A stretch of 63,922 nt of DNA, the filler included, from Candidatus Aminicenantales bacterium (GTDB taxonomy: Bacteria > Acidobacteriota > Aminicenantia > Aminicenantales > Saccharicenantaceae): the NCBI GenBank assembly GCA_049512315.1. It is 3 parts of 3 records of this genome, joined end to end, with 100 filler letters (N's around TTAATTAATTAA, not from the genome) between each part and the next. Parts side by side here need not be neighbours in the genome. Positions count along the whole stretch, not along the records: positions 23,930 to 44,372 come from JBEKXF010000041.1; 2 more parts are not named here. The stretch is one strand, 5' to 3'. Shown piece after piece: positions 29,465 to 39,830 of the stretch. Positions within the stretch are counted from its first letter, which is position 1; every line of letters begins with the position of its first letter. The notes beneath the pieces were generated by a model that saw only the letters and a list, made by a program, of their open reading frames with translations, was not told the origin of the DNA and made no database searches. The position numbers and the translations under genes were made by a program.

Positions 29465-30858
29465 AATTCAGGACGACCCTCATCCTGCTAGCCGTTTTCA
29501 CGGGCCTTCTGGCCGTCGTCCTCATCTTCGAATCCAAGGGGAAGCGGGAGGCGGCCGTCAAGGAGAAGGAGCAAAAACTGGTCGACGTCGCCGCAGCCGA
29601 CGTCGAGAGGATCGAGCTCAAGAAGGAGGACGGGACGATCTCTTTCCGGAAAGACGCCAAGGGCGCCTGGCTGATCACGGCGCCCCTGGAAGCCAAGGCC
29701 GACGGGGCCGAGGTCGACGGGCTCATATCCGGCTTTTCCAGCCTCCGGATCGAGCGCGTGGTCGAGAAGGAGGCCAAAGACCTCAAGGCCTATGAAATCC
29801 CCAAGCAGGAAGTCGCCCTCTGGGTCAAGGGAAAGGGCGCGCCCGTGAAGGTCCTCATCGGCATGGAAAACCCTCTGGACAAATCGCTCTTCGCCAAGCG
29901 CGAGGATGATCCGCGCCTCGTCCTGCTCTCGAGTTCCCTGAAGACGACGCTCGACAAGAAGGTCTTCGATTTCCGGGAAAAAGACATCTTCAAGTTCGAG
30001 ACGGCCGAGGTCAAGTCCGTCCGGGTCAGGGCTAAAGATGTGTCCTGGGAGGCCGCCCGCGAGGCGGACGCCTGGCTCCTCAAATCCCCGGTCCGGGCCT
30101 TGGCGAACAAGGCCAAGATGGACACCCTGCTCGAATCCCTCTCCGCCCTGAAGGCCAAAGATTTCCTGTCCGAAACGAAGAATCCAGGAGACGTCAAGAA
30201 GCTCGGCCTGGAAAAACCCGAATACGAAGTGGCTCTGACAATGCCCGCGGCCAACAAGGACATGGTTTTTTCCCTGCACAAAGACGGCGACAGATCCTAT
30301 GCCATGACCTCCCAGTCCAACAAGATCATCGCCTTCGAGGGCTCTCTTCTCGCCGACCTTGAAAAGAAGCCGGACGAGCTGCGCGAGAAAAAGGTCACTG
30401 CTTTCTACAGTTGGGAAGCCCAAAAGGTCTTCCTGAAAAGAGGCCCATTCCAACTGACCGCCGCCAAAGAAAAAGTCAAAGACGAGGACAAGTGGCTCCT
30501 GGAGACGGCGGCCAAGGACGCCGCTGACGGAGACAAGATCGATTCCTTCATCCGCAAGATCGAGGGACTCGAGGCTACGTCGTTCATCGACAATCCCAAG
30601 AGCCTGGCGGAATACGGGCTCGACAAGCCGGCCGCCGAGGTCACGGTCTGGACCAAGGGTAACGACGGCAAGACCATGGAAACCGGCCTCCTCGTCGGAA
30701 AAGAAGACAAGGATAAGAAACAGGTCATCGTCAAGAACGTCAAGCTCGATTACCTTTTCCGCGTCGATGCCTCCTTCCTCCAGGATCTCCCTAAAGAAGC
30801 GAAGGACTGGAAAGCGGAGCCGGCCAAGCCGGCCGACGCGGGAGGCAAGAAAAAATAG
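29461..30858 (+). CDS. DUF4340-domain protein
   Basis: Three repeats with W.I..P / YGLDKP motifs; follows GldG. Confidence 0.8.
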   Translation: MKFRTTLILLAVFTGLLAVVLIFESKGKREAAVKEKEQKLVDVAAADVERIELKKEDGTISFRKDAKGAWLITAPLEAKADGAEVDGLISGFSSLRIERVVEKEAKDLKAYEIPKQEVALWVKGKGAPVKVLIGMENPLDKSLFAKREDDPRLVLLSSSLKTTLDKKVFDFREKDIFKFETAEVKSVRVRAKDVSWEAAREADAWLLKSPVRALANKAKMDTLLESLSALKAKDFLSETKNPGDVKKLGLEKPEYEVALTMPAANKDMVFSLHKDGDRSYAMTSQSNKIIAFEGSLLADLEKKPDELREKKVTAFYSWEAQKVFLKRGPFQLTAAKEKVKDEDKWLLETAAKDAADGDKIDSFIRKIEGLEATSFIDNPKSLAEYGLDKPAAEVTVWTKGNDGKTMETGLLVGKEDKDKKQVIVKNVKLDYLFRVDASFLQDLPKEAKDWKAEPAKPADAGGKKK

Positions 30859-30872
30859 CGGCGACGGACTCC

Positions 30873-31991
30873 ATGTCGAAGACTCGTCCGGCCGCCCCCT
30901 CGAAAAAGCGGGACGTCGGGACACGCGAGCGGGCTTTCGCTCGCGAGCTCGTCGCCTGGTACAGGGCCCATCACCGCAGGCTCCCGTGGCGCGAGACCTC
31001 GGACCCGTACAGGATCTGGGTCTCCGAGATCATGCTCCAGCAGACGACCGTCCGGCCCGTCATCCCCTACTTCAAGAGGTGGATGCGCCTTTTCCCGGAC
31101 ATGCGGGCGCTGGCCCGGGCGTCTCTCCAAAAGGTCCTCCGGGCCTGGCAGGGGCTCGGCTACTATCAAAGGGCGAGGAACCTCCACCGGGCCGCCCGCA
31201 TCCTCGTCCACGATTATGGCGGCCGGATCCCCGACGATGAAAAAACCGTGCGCCGGCTGCCGGGCTTCGGGCCCTATACCACGGCCGCCGTCCTGAGCCT
31301 CGCCTACGCCCGGCCGATGCCCGTCATCGACGCCAACGTCCGGCGCGTCCTCATGAGGATTGTCGGCCTAGGGGGCGAGGCCTCGGACCGGAATGACAAG
31401 CTTCTTCTGGACTATCTCCGCGGCGTTTTCCCGGCCCGAGACCCCGGGCTTTTCAACCAGGCCATGATGGAGCTCGGAGCCCTCGTCTGCCGGAGCCGAA
31501 ACCCTCAGTGCTTACTCTGCCCCGTCATCGGGGTCTGCCGCGCTGCCCGCGAAGGCCGCCAAGAGATCATTCCCCGGCCGAGGAAACGAACGACGAAGAG
31601 GATCGAAGCCGTCGTCGCGGTCATTGAAGACAACGGCCGGTTCTTCATCCAAAGACGCCCTCCGGGCGGGCTCTTCCCCGGCCTCTGGGAATTCCCGGGA
31701 GGGAAGAGGGAACGGGGAGAAAGCCGCGAAAGCGCCCTGCGCCGTGAGGTCCTCGAGGAAACCGGGGCCCGGATCGGGAACATCCGCTTCCTGACCACCG
31801 TCAAACACGCTTATACACAGTTCCAGGTGACGCTTCATGTCTATCGGTGCGAATTGAGGGCCCCAGCCCCGCCCCTGGGCAAGGACCGCCGCTGGGTCTC
31901 CCTTCGCTCCATCCGGCGTTATCCCCTGCCGTCGGGAAGCGTCAGGATCGTCGATTTTCTGGCGGGACGCAGGGCCGCCCTCACGGTCTGA
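30873..31991 (+). CDS. mutY: A/G-specific adenine glycosylase with C-terminal Nudix domain
   Basis: WVSEIMLQQT, LGYYQRARNL, LPGFGPYTT, C-x6-C-x2-C-x5-C FeS motif. Confidence 0.94.
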   Translation: MSKTRPAAPSKKRDVGTRERAFARELVAWYRAHHRRLPWRETSDPYRIWVSEIMLQQTTVRPVIPYFKRWMRLFPDMRALARASLQKVLRAWQGLGYYQRARNLHRAARILVHDYGGRIPDDEKTVRRLPGFGPYTTAAVLSLAYARPMPVIDANVRRVLMRIVGLGGEASDRNDKLLLDYLRGVFPARDPGLFNQAMMELGALVCRSRNPQCLLCPVIGVCRAAREGRQEIIPRPRKRTTKRIEAVVAVIEDNGRFFIQRRPPGGLFPGLWEFPGGKRERGESRESALRREVLEETGARIGNIRFLTTVKHAYTQFQVTLHVYRCELRAPAPPLGKDRRWVSLRSIRRYPLPSGSVRIVDFLAGRRAALTV

Positions 31992-32042
31992 GGGGGTGCC
32001 CCCGCCTCGAGGTCCTTCCGCGGTTCGGCCGGTCCAACCCGG

Positions 32043-33221
32043 TTATTTCAGGCCGAGCTCGTTGTGCTTCCGGGCCACGGATTCGGCCAGGCGGTCGAGG
32101 GCCTGGAAATCCTCTTCCTTCGGCATCCCCTTGCAGATGACGGGGTCGAGGAGCTCGACTTTGAGGTTGGGAATGCCCGCCTTGATCATCTCGGGCATCT
32201 TGCCCGCCCAGCCGTAGGACCCGATGATCGAGGCGAAGCGGACCTTGGGCCGCAGGGCGTTGGCCAGGACGACGGCATAGAAAAGGGCGGGATGAGGCCC
32301 GAAGTGAACCGTCGGCCCCCCGACGATGATCGTCGCCGCGTCCACCAGGCTCATGGCCAGCTTCCCGATATCGGCCGTGGCCATGTTGAAGGGGTGGACG
32401 GTGACGCCGCGCTCCGCCAGGCCGGCGACCAGGCGCTCGACCATGAGGGCCGTGGAGCCGTGCATGCTCACCCAGGGCAGGACGACGACGTTGTGCGGGA
32501 GATCGTCGCTCCAGTCCCGGTAGGCCTGGATGATAGAGGCCGGATTTTGATAGACCGGGCCGTGGCTCGGAGCGATCATCCGGATGTCCAGGCCGCGGAT
32601 CTTTTCCATGTCCTGCTGGATGATCTTGCGGAAGGGCATCATGATCTCGGCGTAATATCTCTTGGCCGGCTCGTAGACGCATTCGACGCCCTCGATGAAA
32701 AGGTCCGACGACGCCAGATGGGAGCCGAACCAGTCGCAGCTGAAGAGGACCTGGTCCTCTTCGAGATACGTGGACATGGTTTCCGGCCAATGGACCCACG
32801 GTGTATAGATGAACCGGAGGGTCTTGCCGCCCAGGGAAAGGGTTTCCCCGTCCTGAACGACCCTGATGCGAGCCTCAGCGATATGAAGGTGGTCGATGAG
32901 CATTCCCTTGGCCAGGCTCGAACACAAGAGCACGGCTTCGGGGTAGCGCCCGAGGACCCACGGGATGGATCCGGAATGGTCCTGCTCGGCGTGGTGGGCG
33001 ACGAGATAGTCGATCCTTTTCACACCGCGAAGGTGGTTCTCGAGGAAGGGAAGCTTGGCCGGATCGACCGTGTCCAGGAGGGCCGTCTTATCCCGGCCCG
33101 TGATGAGATAGGCGTTGTAGCTCGTCCCGTCCGGGAGGGCGATCAGCGAATCGAAAAGCCTCCGGTCCCAGTCTTCAGCCCCGACCCACTTGACGCCCGG
33201 CACGACCTCTCTCGGTTTCAT
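32043..33221 (-). CDS. fprA: Flavodiiron protein (A-type flavoprotein)
   Basis: GTSYNAY, HAEQDHSG, VHWPET, APSHG, flavodoxin domain. Confidence 0.93.
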   Translation of the reverse strand: MKPREVVPGVKWVGAEDWDRRLFDSLIALPDGTSYNAYLITGRDKTALLDTVDPAKLPFLENHLRGVKRIDYLVAHHAEQDHSGSIPWVLGRYPEAVLLCSSLAKGMLIDHLHIAEARIRVVQDGETLSLGGKTLRFIYTPWVHWPETMSTYLEEDQVLFSCDWFGSHLASSDLFIEGVECVYEPAKRYYAEIMMPFRKIIQQDMEKIRGLDIRMIAPSHGPVYQNPASIIQAYRDWSDDLPHNVVVLPWVSMHGSTALMVERLVAGLAERGVTVHPFNMATADIGKLAMSLVDAATIIVGGPTVHFGPHPALFYAVVLANALRPKVRFASIIGSYGWAGKMPEMIKAGIPNLKVELLDPVICKGMPKEEDFQALDRLAESVARKHNELGLK

Positions 33222-33302
33222 GAAATCATGACTCCTTCGCTCTTTAATTCCTACTTATTTTATAGTATTTAAGATCAGAATTCAAGCGTCCTTGGCGTTT
33301 CG

Positions 33303-33758
33303 TTAAACGTCCGGATATCGGCGTTTGGCGAAATAGATGATCTCCGGGTGCTTCTTGTAGCCCAGCGTCTCAAACACGGCCATGGAGACGGTGTTGTCGT
33401 CTTCGATGAGGCAGGCGAAGATCTCCATTCCCGCGGCGGCCAGCCGTCTTTCGGCTTCAAGGACGAGCCGCCGGCCGATCCCCTTCTTCCTCCAGGACGC
33501 GTCCACGGCCAGCCGGTTGATCCAGCCCTTGCGGCCGTCGTGGGTCGCCAGGACGGTCCCGATAACGTGGCCTCCTTCTTCGGCCACGAGAAAAAGGACG
33601 TTGGGCCGGGCGAGCTGTTTCTCGATGTTGGCCCGGCTGTCCCGGCCCTTGGGTTTGAGGGGCAGGCCGCCCTCAGCCCAAATCTCAATGACCCGGTCGT
33701 AGTCCGCCACAGCAAACTCCCGGATCATGACCTCGTCTTTCCGCCGAACTTGAGGCAT
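33303..33758 (-). CDS. GNAT acetyltransferase
   Basis: HDGRKGWINRLAV...RKKGIG; start uncertain (33728/33758/33785). Confidence 0.88.
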   Translation of the reverse strand: MPQVRRKDEVMIREFAVADYDRVIEIWAEGGLPLKPKGRDSRANIEKQLARPNVLFLVAEEGGHVIGTVLATHDGRKGWINRLAVDASWRKKGIGRRLVLEAERRLAAAGMEIFACLIEDDNTVSMAVFETLGYKKHPEIIYFAKRRYPDV

Positions 33759-33807
33759 CGGATCTCCCCTTTCCATGCGGTCCATCGCCCCCCTGGGCCG
33801 GGGTCGG

Positions 33808-34440
33808 TCAGCGGATGAACATCATGAACGTGCCGGCGAGGACGGCGGCCGCGAGGACGCCGACAATGATCGTCCTCGCGCCCCCGGCTTTCTTGAAATG
33901 CCCCAGGCCAACGGCCAGGGTCAGCAGCCAGGCCGCCGCGATCCCGGCCAGGAGATAAAGCGCGATATAAAGGACCTGCCACATCCCCGGCCGGGACAGG
34001 ATGTCGACGAGCTCCTCCTGGCCCACCCCGACGACCATGAACAAGGTCACTACGGCCATGGGGATCCAGGCGATGAGCAGGGCTCCCGCCAGGGCGATCC
34101 CCGCGAGCGCGGCCGTCTTTTCGAAAGCCGGCCCGCCCTGCTCCGGCTTCCTGAGAAGGCGCATCAACCCCGCGACCAGGGCCCAAGCCAGGAGCGCGTA
34201 CGGGACGGCGAAAAGCGTCTGCCAGAAATAGTAGTTCTCGGGCGCGATCCGCAGAAAGGAGGTCGCCAGAGGGACCGCTCCGACGGCCGCCAGGGCGAGC
34301 GAGGCCGCGGCATAGAGGGCGCCGACGAAGCCGACGGCCAGGGCCGCTCGCCAGGTCGGCCGCGGTTCGGCCAGAAGCCGCTTCATGCTCTTGGCCGGCG
34401 AAGCGGCCGTCGCGACGGCGTAGGAAAAGAAAGTCGACAT
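33808..34440 (-). CDS. Yip1-like membrane protein
   Basis: About five TM segments, P..MKRLL opening. Confidence 0.55.
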   Translation of the reverse strand: MSTFFSYAVATAASPAKSMKRLLAEPRPTWRAALAVGFVGALYAAASLALAAVGAVPLATSFLRIAPENYYFWQTLFAVPYALLAWALVAGLMRLLRKPEQGGPAFEKTAALAGIALAGALLIAWIPMAVVTLFMVVGVGQEELVDILSRPGMWQVLYIALYLLAGIAAAWLLTLAVGLGHFKKAGGARTIIVGVLAAAVLAGTFMMFIR

Positions 34441-34455
34441 GACGGAGGATTCCTT

Positions 34456-35973
34456 TCAACTCACGAAAAGACTTTTGGTCGCGAAATTCGGGTCGCTCGT
34501 CAGGTTGATCCCTAACCGGCGCAACCCCCCCTCGTCGCCCGGCGTCGGGATGTGGGTGCTGTGGACCTCGCAGCCCTGGAGGTCCTTCAGTTTCTCGATG
34601 GCCAGATGGGCCATACGGTTGGCCGCGGCGTTGATGCTCAGGCAGATAAGGACCTCCGACAGGTCTAGGCTGACCGACTTGGCCCCCAGGATCTTCTCCT
34701 TGAGGTCGGCCACGGACTCGATGATGCCCGGCGACAGGAGGTGGATCGTTTCCGGGATCTCGGCCAGCTTCTTGACCGCGTTGAGGACGAGGGCCGAAGA
34801 GGCGTGCATGAGGGGCGAGTTCCAGCCGGTGACGATCGATCCGTCCGGGAGCTCAAGGGCCGCCCCGACGAAGATGCCCTTGTTCCCTTTCCCGGCGTCC
34901 CGGGCCTCCTCGGCCGCCCGCCGCGCCGGCCCGACGACGGTCCGGTCCTCAGGCGCGACGCCGAGCTCCTTCATCAGGAGCTCGGCCCTCTGGACCGTTT
35001 CCTTCTCGACGAAGCCCAGCATGTATTCGCAGAGGTAGCGGAAATAACGGCGGACAAGCTCCTGCTTGGCTGCCTCGCGGACGACCGCGTCGTCCCTGAT
35101 GCCAAAGCCGGCGGCGTTCATCCCCATGTCCGTCGGCGAGTTGTAGATGGAATGTGTTCCGGTGATCTTCTCCAGGATCCGTTTGAGGACCGGAAAGACC
35201 TCCACGTCCCGGTTGTAGTTGACGGCGACTTTCCCGTATGTCTCGAGATGGAAGGGGTCGACGAGATTAAAGTCGCCGAGGTCTGCGGTCGCCGCCTCGT
35301 AGGCCACGTTGACCGGGTGCTTGAGAGGCAGGTTCCAGATCGGGAAGGTCTCGAACTTGGCGTACCCGGAGGAAAGGCCGCGCCGGTAATCGTGGTAGAG
35401 CTGGGAGAGGCAGGTCGCCAGTTTCCCGCTGCCGGGCCCCGGGCCGGTGACGATGACCAGGGAGTGCTCGGTCTCGATGTAATCGTTGGCCCCGTAGCCC
35501 TCATCGCTGACGATGACATCGACTTCGGTGGGATAGCCCTTGGTGAACCGATGGATGTAGACCCGGATCCCTTGCCGCTCGAGCTTGTTCTTGAAGACCT
35601 TGGCCGACGGCTGGTTGTCGAAGCGGGTGATGACCACGGCCCGAATCCCGATCCCCCATTCCCGGAGGTCGTCGATGAGCTTCAGGGCGTCGACGTCGTA
35701 GGTGATCCCGAAGTCGGCCCGGACCTTTTTTCGCTCGATGTCGCCGGCGTAAATGCAGAGGATGATGTCGGCCTGGCTGCGGAGGTCGCGGAGGAGCTTC
35801 ATCTTGACGTTGGGGTCGTATCCCGGCAGGACGCGTGCGGCGTGATAATCGAAGAGGAGCTTGCCGCCGAATTCAAGGTAGAGCTTGTTCCCGAAGCGGG
35901 CCATACGTTCGAGGATGGCCTTCTCCTGTTCCCTGAGGTAGAGGTCGTTGTCGAATCCAATTGTGCGGGTCAT
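34456..35973 (-). CDS. DUF1846 family protein
   Basis: GFDN..Y, KLYLEFGGKL, GPGSGKLATCLSQLYH, AKFETFPIWN. Confidence 0.92.
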   Translation of the reverse strand: MTRTIGFDNDLYLREQEKAILERMARFGNKLYLEFGGKLLFDYHAARVLPGYDPNVKMKLLRDLRSQADIILCIYAGDIERKKVRADFGITYDVDALKLIDDLREWGIGIRAVVITRFDNQPSAKVFKNKLERQGIRVYIHRFTKGYPTEVDVIVSDEGYGANDYIETEHSLVIVTGPGPGSGKLATCLSQLYHDYRRGLSSGYAKFETFPIWNLPLKHPVNVAYEAATADLGDFNLVDPFHLETYGKVAVNYNRDVEVFPVLKRILEKITGTHSIYNSPTDMGMNAAGFGIRDDAVVREAAKQELVRRYFRYLCEYMLGFVEKETVQRAELLMKELGVAPEDRTVVGPARRAAEEARDAGKGNKGIFVGAALELPDGSIVTGWNSPLMHASSALVLNAVKKLAEIPETIHLLSPGIIESVADLKEKILGAKSVSLDLSEVLICLSINAAANRMAHLAIEKLKDLQGCEVHSTHIPTPGDEGGLRRLGINLTSDPNFATKSLFVS

Positions 35974-36004
35974 GAGCGTGGTGGTTCCTTTCGACGGAAT
36001 GGGG

Positions 36005-39000
36005 TCATCGGGCGACCGTCTTCATGAGCTTGAAATCCTCGAAAAGGCCGTAGTCGACGACGGAATATTCCGAGCCTGCCGGATCCCCCCCCTTGGCCCC
36101 CTGCTGGAAAGAGCCGGGCCAGGCCCGCCCGAGCGGCGGGTCGTTGTGGAAGGGCCCAAGGGTGTTCTTGAGCGTCCCGTAAACGACGACGGAAACCTCA
36201 TTCGGGCCGGGGACGAGCGCGTCCGTGACGTCGAGCTCGAAAGGCGCGAAGGCGATGGTCCCGACGGCCTTGCCGCCCACGAACACTTCGGCCACGGCCC
36301 CGCGCCAGCCCCCGAGCCGGACGACGAATCGGGCATTTGGCCCAGCGGCGACCGGGATGTTGAAGGTCTCCCGGTAGCGGACTGAGGCGCCGTAGAGGGG
36401 CAGCCCCTGTCCCGCCCAGGAGCCGACCTTCATCGGGGCCGGCGGCCTGAGCTCGAAGCCCCTGGGTGCGGCCGTTAGCCGGAAATCGCCCAGGATATAG
36501 ACCGGCTCGAGCTCAGAATGGATGGTGAACGGCCGGGCCGTGACCACGATCCTGTTCTTCCCGGCGACGACATACGGGCCGATCGGGTAGACGCCGAAGG
36601 CCCGGTCGAGCCACCATTCGCCGGCCAGGGGCTTGACCTCGCGCCCGTTGACCGCGACGGCGAAGAGCTCAGGTCTCTCGACGACCGCCTTCAGCGTCGA
36701 GAAATCCAGGGCATCCCCCTTGATGGCCGTGAACCAGAAGACGGCCTCATAGCCCGAATCGGGACGGAACTTGTCCAGGTCCAGGATGTTCGTTTTGTAT
36801 TGGACCGCGCTGTCCCAGGGGTTCCGGGGAAGGCCGTGGAACTGGAAGGTCTTCTTCTGGGCGTCATAGAAATAGAGGCCCTTTTCCGTCTTCCCTCCTA
36901 GAGTGAGGTCGCAGTAGTCGATCGTCAGGACGTTCGGAGATCCCCGTTCGACGGTGGTCTCGCCGCGGGCAGGGACCTCCTCGGAGACAAGGGAGGGAGC
37001 TTGGGCCGGCCGGATCCGTTTTGAGAGGAAGCAAAGGAGGAGGCTCCCGCCCGGAGGCAGGGAAAAGCGCGTCTCCACATTCCCCCTTTGTCTCGTGAAG
37101 GGATAAGCCTTCACGGCGCCCGTGAAAAGGTCCCACTCCTCGACGGACCCGCCCTCGAGGCTCATCTTTCCCTCCGCCGGCCGGGCGGGGTCGGTGTTGG
37201 CCAGGAAGACGAATTGTCCGCCGTCGAATTCGCGGCGCTGGTGATAGAGCCCGGAATGGGTCGAAGGCTCGCTGAAGACGATCCGCGGCGGGCTCAGCGC
37301 GCGGACCTTGTCGAAGCCCCCTCCGGGGCCGGCGTCGAGCCACCTGTCGCCGTAGGAGGCGGCCAGGGTCCTGATATCGTTCGTGACCTTCCCGTCGACG
37401 TAATCCGGAGGCGCCGGCCAGGAGATGATCTTCCCGCCGCGCATGACATAGTCCCGGATGAGGACGAGGGTCGAGTCGTCGATGTTCTCGAATCCCGGCG
37501 GCAAGAGGACGAGGTCGTAGGACCGCCGGCCGACGGCCAGCTTGAGGTTCCTGATCGAGGCAAATTCCTCGAGGGTCTTCTCGCTCACGAGGTCGTATTC
37601 GACGTGATGGGCCTCGAGGAGGTGGACGAAGGTCTGGAAGTCCTCGCCGAGCGCTTTCAGCCGGGCCGATTCGGCCGCGGGCGAATAGTCCATCCAGGCC
37701 GTGGTCGTCGGCTCGATGACCAGGATCCGGTTGATCTGCTCGCCCGAACTCATGACGACGGAGAGGCGGCCGAAGTAATCGGCCAGGATGTTGTAGGATT
37801 TCCACCACGGTTCGTGGTCGGAGAAGGAGAGCGGGTGGTCACGCTTGCGAGCGCCCTTGATCGTCGCGTAGGACAGGTGCTGGGTGAGGAAGTTCACGCC
37901 CAGGGCGAACTCCCAGTCGCCGATCCTCTTCTGGTCGAAGAAGGTCATGTCCCAGCCCCCGGCCCCGTAGGTCTCAGACATCGTTCGGCGCCGGCCGAGC
38001 TGGTTGGCGGAGCTCCGGATCTCGCGGACGGACCGGTCGTTGCCGAACTGGGCGTGGGGCCCGGTCTCCCAGTCGTTCATGAGGATATCGATCCCGGGCA
38101 TGTGGGCATAAGCGGCGATGGCCAGGTTGTCGGGGGATTCCCGCGGCCTGGGCCATTCGTGGTCCCAATAATGGCCGGTGAAGATGAGATTATTGTCGGT
38201 GCAGTAGGCGTAGTAGGGCTTGGCCCAGTTCTCGATGAAGAGGTCGAGCAGGGTCGAATAATAGTTGTGGCGGACCCGCCTCCAGTCGCCGACCTCGTCA
38301 AAGAGCGAAACGAGGTTGGGCCTGAGGTCGTAACCCCACTTCGTCTGGAAGGCCCGGAAAAGCGCCGGCGTGTAATTGATGACGTCGACCCCTCCGGGCG
38401 GGGCGATCTCGGCCTCGTCCTGGAAAACGCCGGGCACGGTCTGTCCGAAATCAGGCCCGATGGCCCGCTTATAGGCGTTGAGGGTCACGTCCAGGAACTT
38501 GTCCGTCACGTCCTTGCGCATGAGGTCCACGTAGGTGAACCCGCCGAACCAGGGAGAGGGCTCCTGCCGGACGATATCGAAAACATAATAGGACGCCCTG
38601 TCGGCGGCTCCCGGTTTCTCCTTGCCCGTCACGTCCTCGAATCCGGCCAAAGTCTGCCTGAGGACGATGAGGGGCGGGCCGGCGAACGCCTTGGGCGGGC
38701 CCTGGACGCGGGTCATCCGCAGCCCGCTCTGAGCGGCGTCGGGCATCGCCGCGGGGACGTGGCCGCCGGCGAACCCGGAGGGATAGGAATTCTCGTCATA
38801 GATCCAGACTTTCAGCCCGAGGGACTTTCCGGTCTCCACGGCGTGCCGGCAGAGAGAAAACCACTCTTCCGAGAGATACGGCGTGATCAGGCCGGGCCGG
38901 GGATGGATGAAGACTCCGCCGATGCCCCGGTCCTTGAAATCGGCCAGCTGCCGGCTGATCTCGTCCTTCGTCATCCGGTCGTTCCAGACCCAGAGCGGCG

Positions 39001-39142
39001 TCGTCCGGAATTCGGCCGGCGGGTTCCGGAAGGACTTGAGCACGCTGTCGTAAGTGTCGCCCGACGATTTACCGCCGCAGCCCGTGAGGCCCGCGGCCAT
39101 GACCAGGAAGCAAAGGAATGGAATCCACCGGTCTTTTTTCAT
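36005..39142 (-). CDS. GH106-like glycoside hydrolase (alpha-L-rhamnosidase family), lipoprotein
   Basis: Lipobox LTGC; FRNPP..R..PLWVWN, HPRPGL, WIYDENSYPSGFAGG, SETYG. Confidence 0.8.
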   Translation of the reverse strand: MKKDRWIPFLCFLVMAAGLTGCGGKSSGDTYDSVLKSFRNPPAEFRTTPLWVWNDRMTKDEISRQLADFKDRGIGGVFIHPRPGLITPYLSEEWFSLCRHAVETGKSLGLKVWIYDENSYPSGFAGGHVPAAMPDAAQSGLRMTRVQGPPKAFAGPPLIVLRQTLAGFEDVTGKEKPGAADRASYYVFDIVRQEPSPWFGGFTYVDLMRKDVTDKFLDVTLNAYKRAIGPDFGQTVPGVFQDEAEIAPPGGVDVINYTPALFRAFQTKWGYDLRPNLVSLFDEVGDWRRVRHNYYSTLLDLFIENWAKPYYAYCTDNNLIFTGHYWDHEWPRPRESPDNLAIAAYAHMPGIDILMNDWETGPHAQFGNDRSVREIRSSANQLGRRRTMSETYGAGGWDMTFFDQKRIGDWEFALGVNFLTQHLSYATIKGARKRDHPLSFSDHEPWWKSYNILADYFGRLSVVMSSGEQINRILVIEPTTTAWMDYSPAAESARLKALGEDFQTFVHLLEAHHVEYDLVSEKTLEEFASIRNLKLAVGRRSYDLVLLPPGFENIDDSTLVLIRDYVMRGGKIISWPAPPDYVDGKVTNDIRTLAASYGDRWLDAGPGGGFDKVRALSPPRIVFSEPSTHSGLYHQRREFDGGQFVFLANTDPARPAEGKMSLEGGSVEEWDLFTGAVKAYPFTRQRGNVETRFSLPPGGSLLLCFLSKRIRPAQAPSLVSEEVPARGETTVERGSPNVLTIDYCDLTLGGKTEKGLYFYDAQKKTFQFHGLPRNPWDSAVQYKTNILDLDKFRPDSGYEAVFWFTAIKGDALDFSTLKAVVERPELFAVAVNGREVKPLAGEWWLDRAFGVYPIGPYVVAGKNRIVVTARPFTIHSELEPVYILGDFRLTAAPRGFELRPPAPMKVGSWAGQGLPLYGASVRYRETFNIPVAAGPNARFVVRLGGWRGAVAEVFVGGKAVGTIAFAPFELDVTDALVPGPNEVSVVVYGTLKNTLGPFHNDPPLGRAWPGSFQQGAKGGDPAGSEYSVVDYGLFEDFKLMKTVAR

Positions 39143-39262
39143 GGGATGTCCCCTGCACGTTCGAATGGGAATGCGCCGCCGGGCCGCGAATTGTAGGTGA
39201 GCGAAAACATGCGGCCCAAATTTAAGGGAACGGAACGGCAAAGTCAAGAGAATGGAGTGGGG

Positions 39263-39356
<94 letters not shown>

Positions 39357-39429
39357 GCGGTCCTTCGGAACGTGCGGCTATTCTAGCATGTTTCGGAAGA
39401 TATGGAAACCTAATGGCGGTGGTCCCGGC

Positions 39430-39681
39430 TCAGCAGGGGCCCCAGCTGTGGCGGGGGTGGCGCTTCTTGTATTCCTCGGCGGTTTTCTTCGTGATTTTGT
39501 GCCAGGGGTCTCCCGTCTTGGCCCCGACGATCGAGGCCAGGGCGCATCGGCAAAGGGTCGGGTCCACTTCCTTGAGGAGCTTTTGATAGACCTTGTAGGG
39601 ATCCCGCCGGAGGAAGTCCTTTTTTCCCTTGATCCCGATCTTCTCGAGCTTCACCGCCGTCGTCTTGCCGATATTCGGCAA
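39430..39681 (-). CDS. TfoX-C/helix-hairpin-helix family protein, possibly 5'-truncated
   Basis: LPNIGKTTAVKLEKIGI...DPYKVY...CRC. Confidence 0.7.
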   Translation of the reverse strand: MPNIGKTTAVKLEKIGIKGKKDFLRRDPYKVYQKLLKEVDPTLCRCALASIVGAKTGDPWHKITKKTAEEYKKRHPRHSWGPC

Positions 39682-39830
39682 TCCTACTTCCCCGAGAAAC
39701 AGGCAGGGACCAGGGGAAAAGCATTAACCCCGAGTGACCCCGAATAACCTACTTTCGCACCCCAACACGTCATAAATCTTGACAGTCGATGTTGTAGGAG
39801 AATAGGATATCCCTGCAGGAGGGAATTGAT

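Noticed and set aside
26193..30858. GldAFG-like operon as evidence of gliding motility
   Set aside because: This ABC-DUF4340 module is widespread in non-gliding bacteria; no T9SS genes here
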